Made by a program: the position numbers and the translations under genes
The notes under the pieces: generated by a model
What the model saw: only the letters and a program-made list of their open reading frames with translations
Told to the model about the DNA's origin: nothing
Database searches by the model: none
Assembly: GCA_964646415.1 (NCBI GenBank)
Contig: CAZYEL010000003.1
Coordinates: 11,639 to 75,638, forward strand
DNA from: an uncultured Candidatus Saccharibacteria bacterium
Lineage (GTDB): Bacteria > Patescibacteriota > Minisyncoccia > UBA6257 > 2-01-FULL-56-20
Length of the DNA stretch: 64,000 nucleotides
Direction: 5' to 3'
Shown: piece after piece, positions 27,468 through 36,871 of the stretch
How the letters are laid out: the number at the start of each line of letters is the position of its first letter
How positions within the stretch are numbered: the first letter of the stretch is position 1

Positions 27468-27740
27468 TTATTTATTCGACAGCGTGTAGACCTTTATGAG
27501 TTCTTTGACGGCGTTCTCCTCTTCCCCCGCGTGCGACAACTGATGCTTCACATGCGTGCGAAGATGGTTTTCGAGAAGCAGCGCATCGAGACTCTTGAGC
27601 GATTTCTGGATAGAGAGCGACTGCAGAAGTAGGTTTACACAATACTTCTCTTCCTCAATCGCTTGCGCAAGCCCCCGCATCTGCCCCTCAAGAATCTTCG
27701 CGCGGTGCACCGCGCGCTTCTTGAGTTTTTGGTTGACCAT
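27468..27740 (-). CDS. CsoR/RcnR family metal-sensing repressor
   Basis: R.KILEGQMRGL...YC..LL.Q...LLENHL. Confidence 0.9.
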   Translation of the reverse strand: MVNQKLKKRAVHRAKILEGQMRGLAQAIEEEKYCVNLLLQSLSIQKSLKSLDALLLENHLRTHVKHQLSHAGEEENAVKELIKVYTLSNK

Positions 27741-27743
27741 GCG

Positions 27744-27775
27744 TATAGGGTATGCCCCTATATCCTATATGTCAA
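27744..27775 (-). promoter_or_regulatory. Promoter (TTGACA -35) overlapped by G/C-tract dyad TATAGGGtatgCCCcTATA, putative CsoR operator
   Basis: Dyad immediately upstream of the CsoR start; G/C-tract palindromes are typical of CsoR/RcnR sites. Confidence 0.65.
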
Positions 27776-27796
27776 CTATCTGCCTGTGTATAACTT

Positions 27797-28234
27797 TTAG
27801 TCAAAACGCAACTCAATTTTATCCTTGTCGCGCATGAGGTAGCTCTCGTACTCGGTGTTCTCTTCCCCATTCACCGTCATCTTCATATTCGCGCCGAAAG
27901 ACCGCATATCCTTACCCCACACTTTGAAGAATGAGCCCAGTTTCACATCGTCTTTAAGAACTCGCCCCAGGAATTCCAAGTGTATCTGGCCGGTAGCGTC
28001 ATGCGTGTGGACGCTCTGCTCGACAATGCCGAGACCTAAACCCGACGGGATTTCTTGCTTGGCGCCTTTCACGTAGATGGCGAGTTCAGGATGCCAATGC
28101 AAGCCCCTTCGCGCAAGAACTTCTCCTTCGGGAACCGGAGGACGGGTTGCAACGTACCACCCAATGAGTCCAATGGCTGCCACTGTCCCCAGAATCCACC
28201 TTCCGCGTTTTGCGAGTCTGAAAAAATTTTTCAT
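27797..28234 (-). CDS. Exported His-motif protein (LHWHP, HTHD..G.IH)
   Basis: Signal anchor; conserved-looking His motifs. Confidence 0.75.
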   Translation of the reverse strand: MKNFFRLAKRGRWILGTVAAIGLIGWYVATRPPVPEGEVLARRGLHWHPELAIYVKGAKQEIPSGLGLGIVEQSVHTHDATGQIHLEFLGRVLKDDVKLGSFFKVWGKDMRSFGANMKMTVNGEENTEYESYLMRDKDKIELRFD

Positions 28235-28263
28235 TATAGTTCAGTGTTCAGTAATGTTGGGCA

Positions 28264-29190
28264 TCACACCCCGCACCCGCCGGTTGGCTGACTTTCCTCG
28301 CGCGGGATGCGGCTCGCAATACTCCGGAAGCCGGAAATGCTTGAGTAATCCACGCCCAGAATCTCCTTCGGGTTTGCATTTGCGGGAGCTCCACCCCGCG
28401 ACGTGAGGTACTTCGCAATCGTCGCGTACTCGTTCGGAAACCAAAATGCGTTCACCGCGAGCGCCGCGCGGTACATTTCCTCCTCTGTAGCGCCTCCCGA
28501 CGCGAGGAATTCCAAAAGTCCCAGCATCGCCATGCCGTGGTTGCAGTCGGGAAAGTATGTGGAGTTGTCACAGCACGGACGATAGACATTTTTTGCCACC
28601 CCCTCCACGCGCGCTTGCTGTTCTTCGGTGAGCGTGAAAAATGCATGTTTGCTGTAATGTTGCATTGCATCTCCCTTTGCAAGCGTCCATCCGCCAGTCG
28701 AGGCGAACCGTCCCGCGCCGCCATACCGCGGGTCCATCATCGGTCCTTCCTCCAAAATCCGGTTTTTGTTGCCTAGCCCCAGCGCCCAGAAAATGTTCAA
28801 AAGAACGCCTGCACTGTTTCGGTCAATCGTCAGGTTCCCGTTATCCAGCCCGGTGAGCAACTTCCGCTCCCGCTCCGGCATGCCTCCCCGCGCGGCGTAA
28901 ATTGCATCGAACGCTTCCCGGTCAATCACGCCCGCGCCCACAAGTTTTGCGCCGAGGTCGCCCCACGCAATAGGCAATTTCACCTCTTGCGGAGCAAGGG
29001 CACCGCCCTCATGACCCGCGGCCGAATTAAGAACGGCGGCACTGCTCTTCGCGCCCGGGGATGCCGGCGTCGCCTTCATGCCCGTCGTGTATATCCACGC
29101 CCCGCCGAGGATAACCGCTGCCGCGACGATGCTCGCCGGAAGAAACGAGCTGCCCGCTCCTTTTTTATTATCCACTGTGTCTTGTTCCAT
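28264..29190 (-). CDS. Exported Cys-motif protein (RPCCDN, PDCNHGMA, C-terminal GGCG)
   Basis: 308-aa ORF with N-terminal TM. Confidence 0.8.
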   Translation of the reverse strand: MEQDTVDNKKGAGSSFLPASIVAAAVILGGAWIYTTGMKATPASPGAKSSAAVLNSAAGHEGGALAPQEVKLPIAWGDLGAKLVGAGVIDREAFDAIYAARGGMPERERKLLTGLDNGNLTIDRNSAGVLLNIFWALGLGNKNRILEEGPMMDPRYGGAGRFASTGGWTLAKGDAMQHYSKHAFFTLTEEQQARVEGVAKNVYRPCCDNSTYFPDCNHGMAMLGLLEFLASGGATEEEMYRAALAVNAFWFPNEYATIAKYLTSRGGAPANANPKEILGVDYSSISGFRSIASRIPREESQPTGGCGV

Positions 29191-29210
29191 TGTTTTCGAA
29201 AAGTATGTTG

Positions 29211-29441
29211 CTACGACTCTAAATCCCTCTTCTTCTCCTCGAACTCTTTCCGCTCAATTTCCCCTTTCGCGTAGCGCTCTTTGAGGATTTCAAGCGCGGA
29301 CGCATTCCGCTCCCCGCGCGTGCCGCGCGCCTCGCGCACGAGCCACACGACGAAGAGGATAATCGCCGCCCAAACGACCACCATCATGAGCGGCCCGAAC
29401 ATGCCCCATCCCCACATATGATCCCCATAGTAATTCCACAT
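29211..29441 (-). CDS. SHOCT domain membrane protein
   Basis: Met/Gly-rich N-terminus; ALEILKERYAKGEI..EFEE. Confidence 0.85.
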   Translation of the reverse strand: MWNYYGDHMWGWGMFGPLMMVVVWAAIILFVVWLVREARGTRGERNASALEILKERYAKGEIERKEFEEKKRDLES

Positions 29442-29453
29442 AGTAATGATTGA

Positions 29454-29825
29454 TTATTGTACCGGACTCGCGAGTTTGCACCCGCTTGCCTCGGAGAGCT
29501 TCCGCAATCCCTGCTCGCCCACAAGCCGTTCCCCGCTTCCCGTAATCCATGTGGGATATCCTTCTATTTTTTCCGCCGCGCACCGCACACGCTCCACCGG
29601 ACACTCCACGTACGGGACAAGCCGGAACGAATCCCCGAAAGTGCGCTTCTCATTTTGGCAATGCGAGCACCAGTTTGCACCATACATCGTAAATTTTTTC
29701 TCCGCAAGGCACTGCGCGAATGCGTCGTACGTCCCGCTCGCCGGAGCGGGATTCCAAAGCAACCATCCTATTCCCGCCGCCACCACCACCACGAACCCAA
29801 GCCCCATAAGCGTTTGCTTTTGCAT
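29454..29825 (-). CDS. Thioredoxin-fold protein (VKOR-partner type)
   Basis: MYGANWCSHC, YVEC, GYPTW. Confidence 0.8.
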   Translation of the reverse strand: MQKQTLMGLGFVVVVAAGIGWLLWNPAPASGTYDAFAQCLAEKKFTMYGANWCSHCQNEKRTFGDSFRLVPYVECPVERVRCAAEKIEGYPTWITGSGERLVGEQGLRKLSEASGCKLASPVQ

Positions 29826-29831
29826 ATAGAG

Positions 29832-30329
29832 TTACTCGTCGCAGCAATCGACCAATTTATTCACGATATCGCCGAAGGTCCAAGGTTTCTCGGCCTTTGC
29901 CGCCTCTTTGAAACCCGACGGGTCGATAAGTTTCAGCCGCAGCGCCCAAAACATCGAGTATGTTTTGTATGCGCGGTCGAACATCTCTTTGGCCTCCGCC
30001 TTTTTGCCGTCGCCATTCAGCTTCGTACCCACCTCCATAAGACGCATCGTCGTGGCAAGGAGGTGCTTCGTAATGCACCACGTCTCCCCCTCGTGGCGCG
30101 AAACCATTTTCCCCAAAAGCTCCTTCCGCATCTCGCGCACTTCTCCGAGCAGCGCAAGGTACTCGGGTTTCTGGGTCTTCGCGTTCGTGAAAAACATATG
30201 CTCCTCCAAACTGATAAGATTCATCACCGCAACGCTCAAATCCTCTTCGGTCGAGAGGTCCACCGTGCCGGAGCGCTTAAGCCCTTCCACCTTTTTTACC
30301 ACTTCCGCAAACCGTTCTTCTTGTGTCAT
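29832..30329 (-). CDS. Helical hypothetical protein (EEH, WCITKH, C-terminal DCCDE)
   Basis: 165-aa ORF, operonic. Confidence 0.75.
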   Translation of the reverse strand: MTQEERFAEVVKKVEGLKRSGTVDLSTEEDLSVAVMNLISLEEHMFFTNAKTQKPEYLALLGEVREMRKELLGKMVSRHEGETWCITKHLLATTMRLMEVGTKLNGDGKKAEAKEMFDRAYKTYSMFWALRLKLIDPSGFKEAAKAEKPWTFGDIVNKLVDCCDE

Positions 30330-30333
30330 GTCA

Positions 30334-31116
30334 CTAAAGAAGGAAAATTGACAACCCGAGGAGAACCGCCCCGATTCCTCCCCACAACCTCATATTACCC
30401 GTTTCGCGTTTTTTCCACTCCTGGAGGCGCCCCAGCACGCCCGCATCGCTCCCCAGCACAAGAATCAGGATAAGGGGAAGGATGAAGATGAAGTTGTAGA
30501 GCGCAAGGTATCCCATGCCGCTCGCATACGTCCGCGCATCGTGCAGAAGTCCCAGGATAAGGAGATACGGACCCCCCGTGCACGGGAATTCGCATACTCC
30601 CACAAGCCCCCCCAGGAGAAACGCCGCGGGAAGCGAGGAACGCTCCATAAGCGCGGCAATCGGCTTATGCGAGATGCCGGGAATTTTGAGTTTTATCGGG
30701 AACGACGGGAAGAAGTGATTCACCAAGCTCAAGAGTCCCGCCGCAACCATGAGGGAAGCCGCCGCTTTCGCCATAAAGTGCGGCGTGTTGAAAAGGTGAA
30801 GCGCCTGCAAGAGCCCCACGCCGATCAAGAAGTACGCCGCAAAAACCCCGAGGATATAGAACCCGCCGATCCAGAGAATCCGCGCGCGTTCTTTTTGCAG
30901 GCTCACCAAGAATGCGATCGTGAGAATCAAAACCGAGAATGCACACGGGTTGATGCTGTCTAAGACCGCCGCGACGAGGACGAGCGGCAAGAGCCATTTC
31001 CCTCCCTGTGACACGCTCCAGAGCGCATCCGCCCCGAAGTTCCCCGCCTTGAGCACAAAGGCGCCGCCGATGAGCACTACCGCAATTCCCAGCACAATCC
31101 AAAAACGTTTCGTCAT
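30334..31116 (-). CDS. CcdA/DsbD-like transmembrane electron-transfer protein
   Basis: DSINPC and EFPCTGGPY Cys pair, about 6 TM. Confidence 0.8.
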   Translation of the reverse strand: MTKRFWIVLGIAVVLIGGAFVLKAGNFGADALWSVSQGGKWLLPLVLVAAVLDSINPCAFSVLILTIAFLVSLQKERARILWIGGFYILGVFAAYFLIGVGLLQALHLFNTPHFMAKAAASLMVAAGLLSLVNHFFPSFPIKLKIPGISHKPIAALMERSSLPAAFLLGGLVGVCEFPCTGGPYLLILGLLHDARTYASGMGYLALYNFIFILPLILILVLGSDAGVLGRLQEWKKRETGNMRLWGGIGAVLLGLSIFLL

Positions 31117-31123
31117 GAGATTC

Positions 31124-31630
31124 TTACGGCGTTACGTCCGCAGAAAACGCGAATTCGACCGGAGTACCATCGTCGGTTTCGAGATATACGACCCGCTCGA
31201 TCTTCCCGATGCCTGCGGGCCCGTGCGCCGCAGGGTCAAACACCGCCTCCACCGTCGCCTCTTCACCCGGAGCTACCGCCGCATCAATCCCCGGAATAAA
31301 CCCGTGCCCAGGCATGCCGTACGGACCCACTTTTTTCTCTGCGGTCGTAAGCCGCGCCACGGTACACATACACGACGTGTAAAGCTTCGTCACCTTTACC
31401 GGAGCGGTGCCCGTGTTGCGCACCTTAAACTCGTGCGACACCTTCCCCGCGCGCATCGAAACGCTCCCGAACGAGAACTGCGCCTCATCCGCGCGGAGCG
31501 CGGAGGCGCCCGTCTTCACAATGCTCGCCGTCTGGTTTTCCTTCGGTTGCGCCCCTCCCCACACGAACAATGCCCCCACCACTACTACCACAAACGCAAT
31601 GCCAACCAGTATATTTTTTGAGTTTTCCAT
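31124..31630 (-). CDS. DUF1573-domain exported protein
   Basis: F..RNTG, TSCMCT, FDPAAHGPAG. Confidence 0.8.
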   Translation of the reverse strand: MENSKNILVGIAFVVVVVGALFVWGGAQPKENQTASIVKTGASALRADEAQFSFGSVSMRAGKVSHEFKVRNTGTAPVKVTKLYTSCMCTVARLTTAEKKVGPYGMPGHGFIPGIDAAVAPGEEATVEAVFDPAAHGPAGIGKIERVVYLETDDGTPVEFAFSADVTP

Positions 31631-31716
31631 TTTGTAAGCGCACACCAAAAATCGCTTCCCCAACAAGCTCCGTACGCGCCAAATCGCGACCACGATTCGG
31701 CTGTGTACAAAAACCC

Positions 31717-32118
31717 TTAGGAAAGCGAAAAAACGCGCCGCTCACGAAGCGTGAGCCAGCGATAGAAACGCGGTGCGCGTTGCCGGAGCGGATGCATCCC
31801 ATGGAGCGCCGCCGCGAACCGCGCCACGGGAGGCGGCGCGACGAGCTCCGGAAGCACCGCGCCGAATGCCATAACAATAAGAAGCAAAAGCCCTGCCCAC
31901 GTTATGATATTTGCCGCAGAAAAGCTTTTGAGCAAATTTAGATGGAATGCCGCGACTACCGCCGTTCCCGCAATCCCGGGACACGCGTTCCCGCCTGCGG
32001 CAGTCCGTGCAAGACAATTGATTTCTCCCATGCTGTGAGACATCGCGAACGCCCCAAACACCGCCATACCGGCGAATGCGCACACGATGAGAATACCGAG
32101 GAACGTTTTCGTATTCAT
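31717..32118 (-). CDS. Hypothetical membrane protein (M.H...C..C..H)
   Basis: 133-aa ORF heading the operon. Confidence 0.6.
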   Translation of the reverse strand: MNTKTFLGILIVCAFAGMAVFGAFAMSHSMGEINCLARTAAGGNACPGIAGTAVVAAFHLNLLKSFSAANIITWAGLLLLIVMAFGAVLPELVAPPPVARFAAALHGMHPLRQRAPRFYRWLTLRERRVFSLS

Positions 32119-32188
32119 ATATATTCCAGTATACTCCCCAACCCTGTTTCTTACAACTTGCCTGCCGATAAAACCCGTCGCGGTAAAT

Positions 32189-32240
32189 TGTGCACAATCT
32201 GTGGACTCCCGCCCCTCAAACCCTTATGCCGCAAGGGTTT
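32189..32240 (+). repeat. 52-bp direct repeat, copy 1 (contains AAACCCTT-n7-AAGGGTTT dyad)
   Basis: 50/52 identical to 33448-33499. Confidence 0.9.
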
Positions 32241-32373
32241 TTCTTGACGCGTAAGAGCAAAGGACATACGCTGACTTCCTATTATGGAACGCAACGCTTC
32301 CTGAATGCCGCGCAAGAAGTGCGCTTCCCGCCATACCCGTAACTCCTTCTCATCAAGAAGCGTTTCATTAACG

Positions 32374-32574
32374 ATGACTGACGCAAAATTTATCGCGCTT
32401 AATAACGCACACCTCAAGCTCATAAAGCGTTTTATCCTCAAAAATTACGGCCGCCGGTGCGGCCACATCGGCAAGGATAAAATTTCCTTGGACTGCGCGG
32501 TCTGCAAATCCTGGCTCTTTTATGAATTCTTCGTGTGGTTTGTTGAAAATCAGGAAGATAACCTGAAACGATAA
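32374..32574 (+). CDS. Small hypothetical protein with C...CxxC
   Basis: ORF abutting the next gene. Confidence 0.55.
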   Translation: MTDAKFIALNNAHLKLIKRFILKNYGRRCGHIGKDKISLDCAVCKSWLFYEFFVWFVENQEDNLKR

Positions 32575-32886
32575 ATGACGAGGGTAAAAAGGCCGCAACT
32601 CAAGAGCGGGTGGTGCTTCGCGATAGTCAATAACCGACTCGCTGAAATTTCGTTTGAGAAACGATACGGAATTTGGGGGCACTGCTACGTGAAACGAGAG
32701 GAATATAAAACGAGGCAAGAACAAAAATGGATAAGAGAGGATACGGAAAAGTGCCGGTTCACGTATAGGAAGGGGTACTACTTTGATAGAATTCGCGGCA
32801 CGAAACAGAAAGTGCCGCCGAGACGTAAAATATCCCCCCCGCTCGATAAAAAGAAAACGATACTTCTCAAAGACATGATTCAGTAG
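32575..32886 (+). CDS. Hypothetical basic protein
   Basis: 103-aa ORF; WCFAIVNNRLAEI..GHCYV. Confidence 0.65.
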   Translation: MTRVKRPQLKSGWCFAIVNNRLAEISFEKRYGIWGHCYVKREEYKTRQEQKWIREDTEKCRFTYRKGYYFDRIRGTKQKVPPRRKISPPLDKKKTILLKDMIQ

Positions 32887-33149
32887 GTATGCGAACCGCG
32901 CCGTTTAACCTGCGCCACGAGGACTTTTCGGCTCTGCTGATACACTCGATAAAATATCCTGTATGCACCAATTCTCCGGCGCCAACGGTTTTCTTCCCCT
33001 TTCAACTTCTCTATATCGCCTGCGTAGGGATTGTCCGCAAGCGAGCGAACCGCCTCAAAGACCCTTCGCTTATCATCCGGTGACCAGCGCTTGGTTGTCC
33101 GATACACGTCCGGCTCAATTTCTAACTCCCAGCTTTCGCCTGAATGCAT
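32880..33149 (-). CDS. RelE/ParE family toxin
   Basis: NPYAGDIEKLKG...WRRRIGAYRIFY. Confidence 0.85.
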   Translation of the reverse strand: MHSGESWELEIEPDVYRTTKRWSPDDKRRVFEAVRSLADNPYAGDIEKLKGEENRWRRRIGAYRIFYRVYQQSRKVLVAQVKRRGSHTY

Positions 33150-33348
33150 CAAGGGAAAGAGTTTTTCCTGCCGCGAAGTTTTTTTCCGCTTTTTCAAACG
33201 TGCGCCGCTGCGCCGCGGTCATGGAAACCGTTTTGTATTTGCGCGGCGGCGCAAAACGGGCGCGTTCTTGCAACGCCTCGTATTCCTCCTTAGGCACAAG
33301 GAGAAGGTCTTTCCCCGCAAGATGCTTTGGAATTGTGATAGTTGCCAT
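33115..33348 (-). CDS. Antitoxin
   Basis: DLLLVPKEEYEAL...GKTLSLDAF; overlaps the toxin. Confidence 0.75.
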   Translation of the reverse strand: MATITIPKHLAGKDLLLVPKEEYEALQERARFAPPRKYKTVSMTAAQRRTFEKAEKNFAAGKTLSLDAFRRKLGVRN

Positions 33349-33447
33349 ACGCGCATCCTACCACGAGAGCACCCGAGGTATCAATCGCCCCCTAAGTTCT
33401 AATGGCTAAATTCTAATGGCTCTAGCGTGCCTCTGCCTCTAACGGGA

Positions 33448-33499
33448 TGTGCGCAATCTGGGGACTCCCGCCCCTCAAACCCTTATGCCGCAAGGGTTT
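33448..33499 (+). repeat. 52-bp direct repeat, copy 2
   Basis: See copy 1. Confidence 0.9.
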
Positions 33500-33559
33500 C
33501 CGCTGGCCCTATTGCGGTATTTCCGTATATGTCGCATAATATCGCGGGCTGAAAACGGG

Positions 33560-34498
33560 GCACCCAGACCCCTCAATCCGGACACCCCTCATTGGGGCGT
33601 TGTTGTTTTCGGGCACGATGCCGCGCGAGCATCTCGGAGGGGGTGCGATAGCGCAGGACGTTCATCGGCCTGCGGTTGAGCTTCGCTTCAAGCGCACGGA
33701 AAGCAGAGGGTGGGTAGCGAGAAAGGTCGCTTCCCTTGGGGATATCCCGCCGTATGACTTTGTTCACGTTTTCAATACTCCCTTTCTCCCACGCATGATA
33801 GGGGTGACAGAAGAAGATGCGAACATGGAGGAGGGCGGCAAGCCGCGCATGGTGCCGGAAGAGAATATCGTTGTCCGTGGTGAGCGTGCGGAGTTCGGGG
33901 AATCTTCCCTTGATGCGCAGGAATGCTGTTTCCATGCGGGGAATGGTGGCGGGAAGGATGCGTTCCAGAAAGGACGCTCGCGTCTTCCGGTCCACCACCA
34001 CAAGAAGCATGCCCTTGCCGTTTTTCCCTGATGCGATGAAATCGGCTTCCGCATCGCCCACCTGTCTGCGGGTATTGATATACAAAGGTCTCTTGTCGAT
34101 GAAGGTGCGGGAGGAGACGCGGGGAAGATGGGGAAGGTGGCGAAGCCGTCCTGCCACCGCTTCAGGAGAGAGGTCATCCATGAGCATCTGCTCCACATAC
34201 TCGCGGAGAGGAGGGTGGTGCACGATGCGCATCCCCTGATATTTTGCATATTTTCTCCCGACATATGCCTTGTGGTGGGCTTTGCGGGGGTCATAGACAC
34301 CGTGCGTCCGGTTCCGCACACACTCATCCGCAATAGATGATTTTCCCCGCCTCATGGCGTGGGCGATGGCACGTCCCGAGTATCCCTTCTCCCGCAGATA
34401 CCCAATTTCCACCCGCTCCGCAGCCGAGAGATGGCCCCGATTCTTTTTTTCTCATGCTCTCACGATAGCAGAGTGTCCGGATTCAAATGGCAAGGTGC
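33560..34498 (-). mobile_element. IS30-family insertion sequence, degraded
   Basis: ~26-bp imperfect TIRs GCACC-n9-(C/G)AATCCGGACAC at 33560-33585 and 34473-34498. Confidence 0.8.
33573..34455 (-). pseudogene. IS30 transposase with frameshift in an A7 run near the start and a probable internal deletion
   Basis: EAD..VVDRKTR..TTDND..FCHPYHAWEKGSIEN.N..IR..PKG; ATG at 34455 is out of frame by one A. Confidence 0.75.
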
Positions 34499-34930
34499 AG
34501 GTGACGGTGTAGTGCCAGTCGGTGTTGATTCCCGGGGAAGGATAAGGCCCATCCTTGTGGGCGGTCGTGGGCGGGCTTCCCGGTATCTCTTTCAGCAATG
34601 TCCAGTCATTATCGGTTGCCTGCGCACGGTACACTTTATACGAAGTCGCTCCCTCTACCGCCTTCCATGTGAGCTGGTTATAACGATGGAAGGGTATTGC
34701 GGAAATACTGCGGTTTGTCTCGCAGACGGGAGCAATTTTTATATTCGCGGGCTGGTCGGGGGCGGAAAGGCATTTCCCCGCCGCATCGCGCGTCTCACAC
34801 CCTCCCGTACCGCGTGCGCTCTGAATCCCCGTGCCTTGCGCGACGCCGCGCGGGGTGTGGGCGAGAAAAACATCGTTGCAACGCCGATTGCGAGAACGCC
34901 CAGCCCCACCCAATAGAGAGAACGTTGCAT
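34499..34930 (-). pseudogene. Fibronectin-III-like secreted protein, frameshifted and IS30-truncated
   Basis: Signal peptide MQRSLYWVGLG.. in one frame, LTWKAVEGATSYKVYR FN3 motif in another; ends at the IS TIR. Confidence 0.6.
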
Positions 34931-35044
34931 TGGTAAAAGTATATCACACCCCGCATAACGAGGAGTTCGGTCCCGCCACGATTACCCATCCCACACCTAT
35001 CTTTATTCTTCGACATGGAAATAAGTGTACCAAAATTCAATCAC

Positions 35045-36853
35045 TCATGCGACTTCCGCTTGATAGCAAGCTTCGCAATACACGATCTCCGTTCTTTCAG
35101 GTGCGAAGCTTGTTTCGAACTCATTCGGGCAAGCCGTGTTTTTATGGAAATGCTCCGAGGTGTCGCTATACGTTATTTTCCCTTGGCTCTTTGCCCCGCT
35201 GCACATGCAACGGCGGTGCCAAAGCTTCAGCGGATTCCTCTTCGCAAGACGGGAATAATGACGGCAATTCGGACAAAGGCGCGGAAGGGGCAGCTTCATG
35301 CGGCGATAGAATTGGAACTCGGCGGGAATGATACGGAATGCAGTGGTGCATCCCGACGCCTCCGGGTCGGGACCCTGACCCTCGGCGCGCGCGCCCGAGG
35401 CGTCGGGGCTGGCTGTTGCACACTCAAGAATCTGCTCGAGAATAGAATCCCGCACGTCCTCAATGCGTGCGGGAACATCGGCGGATTGCATGGTAACTGC
35501 ATAATTCCGGCGTTCCGGCTCTTTCCACACGAAACCCGCCGCCACAACTTCCTTGTACGTGAGCGGGAAAAAATCCTGCGCAACAGACTCGTTGTACGCA
35601 AGGAGCGAAAGCTCGGCGGGAAAATATTCGCCGTATTTGTACACTCTCCCGTTTTTCCCCGCGAAAGGCATCGCGTCCATATGCGATTTTATTTTCGGAA
35701 TAAGGGCTTCGTATTCCTCTTTAGAATATTGCCGGTTCAACACGCAATAATGCCTGTTCCGCAATCCCACGCACCCGAAAAGGTCGGAACTGCTTGAACA
35801 AAGGTCGGCATATTCGACATCGGCACTTTCCCCGCACATGTTCGAGAATTTGCTCCGCGCCATTTTCCAAAACCCGAGATACTCGTAACAAAGCTCAAGA
35901 TACTCGCAATAATTGACATCATGCGCGTCTTTCGCGTCAATCATCCGCACGCAATATGCGCACTCTTCCGCGCGCTTCACATCAAAACACTCCCGGGCAT
36001 TCTTCGATTGCACGATATGGTCACCACTCACGTTCGCACACTGCAGAATAGTGCTGAACCGGCGGGGTATCCGCTGCTGCAACTCCTCAAAACGCCCCCG
36101 TACTTCTTCGAGTGCCGAGCGTCCGCCGGACATAATTCGCTCTTTTTCTTTAAGATATGCCTCCTTCGTAAACTGCCGATTGAAAATGCGGTAATTCTTG
36201 TTCCGCAATCCCACGCATCCGATACAATCCTGGCAATTTTTGCAGTCGAAACAATACAGCAAATTGAGGGACGCCGTGCAATCCTCGCAGAAAGAACAAT
36301 TCGAAAGTTTCTCGCAATCAATGCACTCGTAGCAATACTCGGACTCGCGCGCGAGGTACGTGTCTACGCAATACTTTGATTCATAGGGCGACCCATACAA
36401 ACAATTTTCCACTTCAATGGAACCAAAGATAAGATAGCAGTCTTTCGCATCGCCCACATAGTTCACGTATTCGCTGTTCTTGCAGTTTACCGTACCAAGA
36501 TTGGGGCGGGGAACTTTGCTCTGAAGCTCGCGGAGCTGCAAAAAGAAAGGCTTGTTCCAGTCGTAGGCGGTGCCGTACTGTACCGGGTCCCACCCGTCGC
36601 CCCACCAGCATTCCTGGCAATGGACCGGAAACGGCTTTTCGGAAGAAAACATCGAAACCATCGCTTTCTTGCAGAGCCCGCATTCCCGGTGATAAAGATT
36701 ACGCTCGTTGCGCACCATCAAGCGCCGCTGGTAACGGCATGGGGAGCAAAACGTGGGCGGCGGAACTTTTATTTTTTCGTAAAACTGAAAATCTTCGGGC
36801 GCAACAGTGAACTGCGCTCTACAATTTTGGCAGTTCCTTATCCCCTGTTCCAT
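35045..36853 (-). CDS. Cys-rich CPR-type hypothetical protein, paralogue 5 (in-frame hairpin insert at 35350-35408)
   Basis: Same architecture as the 1-6772 array. Confidence 0.92.
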   Translation of the reverse strand: MEQGIRNCQNCRAQFTVAPEDFQFYEKIKVPPPTFCSPCRYQRRLMVRNERNLYHRECGLCKKAMVSMFSSEKPFPVHCQECWWGDGWDPVQYGTAYDWNKPFFLQLRELQSKVPRPNLGTVNCKNSEYVNYVGDAKDCYLIFGSIEVENCLYGSPYESKYCVDTYLARESEYCYECIDCEKLSNCSFCEDCTASLNLLYCFDCKNCQDCIGCVGLRNKNYRIFNRQFTKEAYLKEKERIMSGGRSALEEVRGRFEELQQRIPRRFSTILQCANVSGDHIVQSKNARECFDVKRAEECAYCVRMIDAKDAHDVNYCEYLELCYEYLGFWKMARSKFSNMCGESADVEYADLCSSSSDLFGCVGLRNRHYCVLNRQYSKEEYEALIPKIKSHMDAMPFAGKNGRVYKYGEYFPAELSLLAYNESVAQDFFPLTYKEVVAAGFVWKEPERRNYAVTMQSADVPARIEDVRDSILEQILECATASPDASGARAEGQGPDPEASGCTTAFRIIPAEFQFYRRMKLPLPRLCPNCRHYSRLAKRNPLKLWHRRCMCSGAKSQGKITYSDTSEHFHKNTACPNEFETSFAPERTEIVYCEACYQAEVA

Positions 36854-36871
36854 GCCGCGTGCCGCAAGCGA

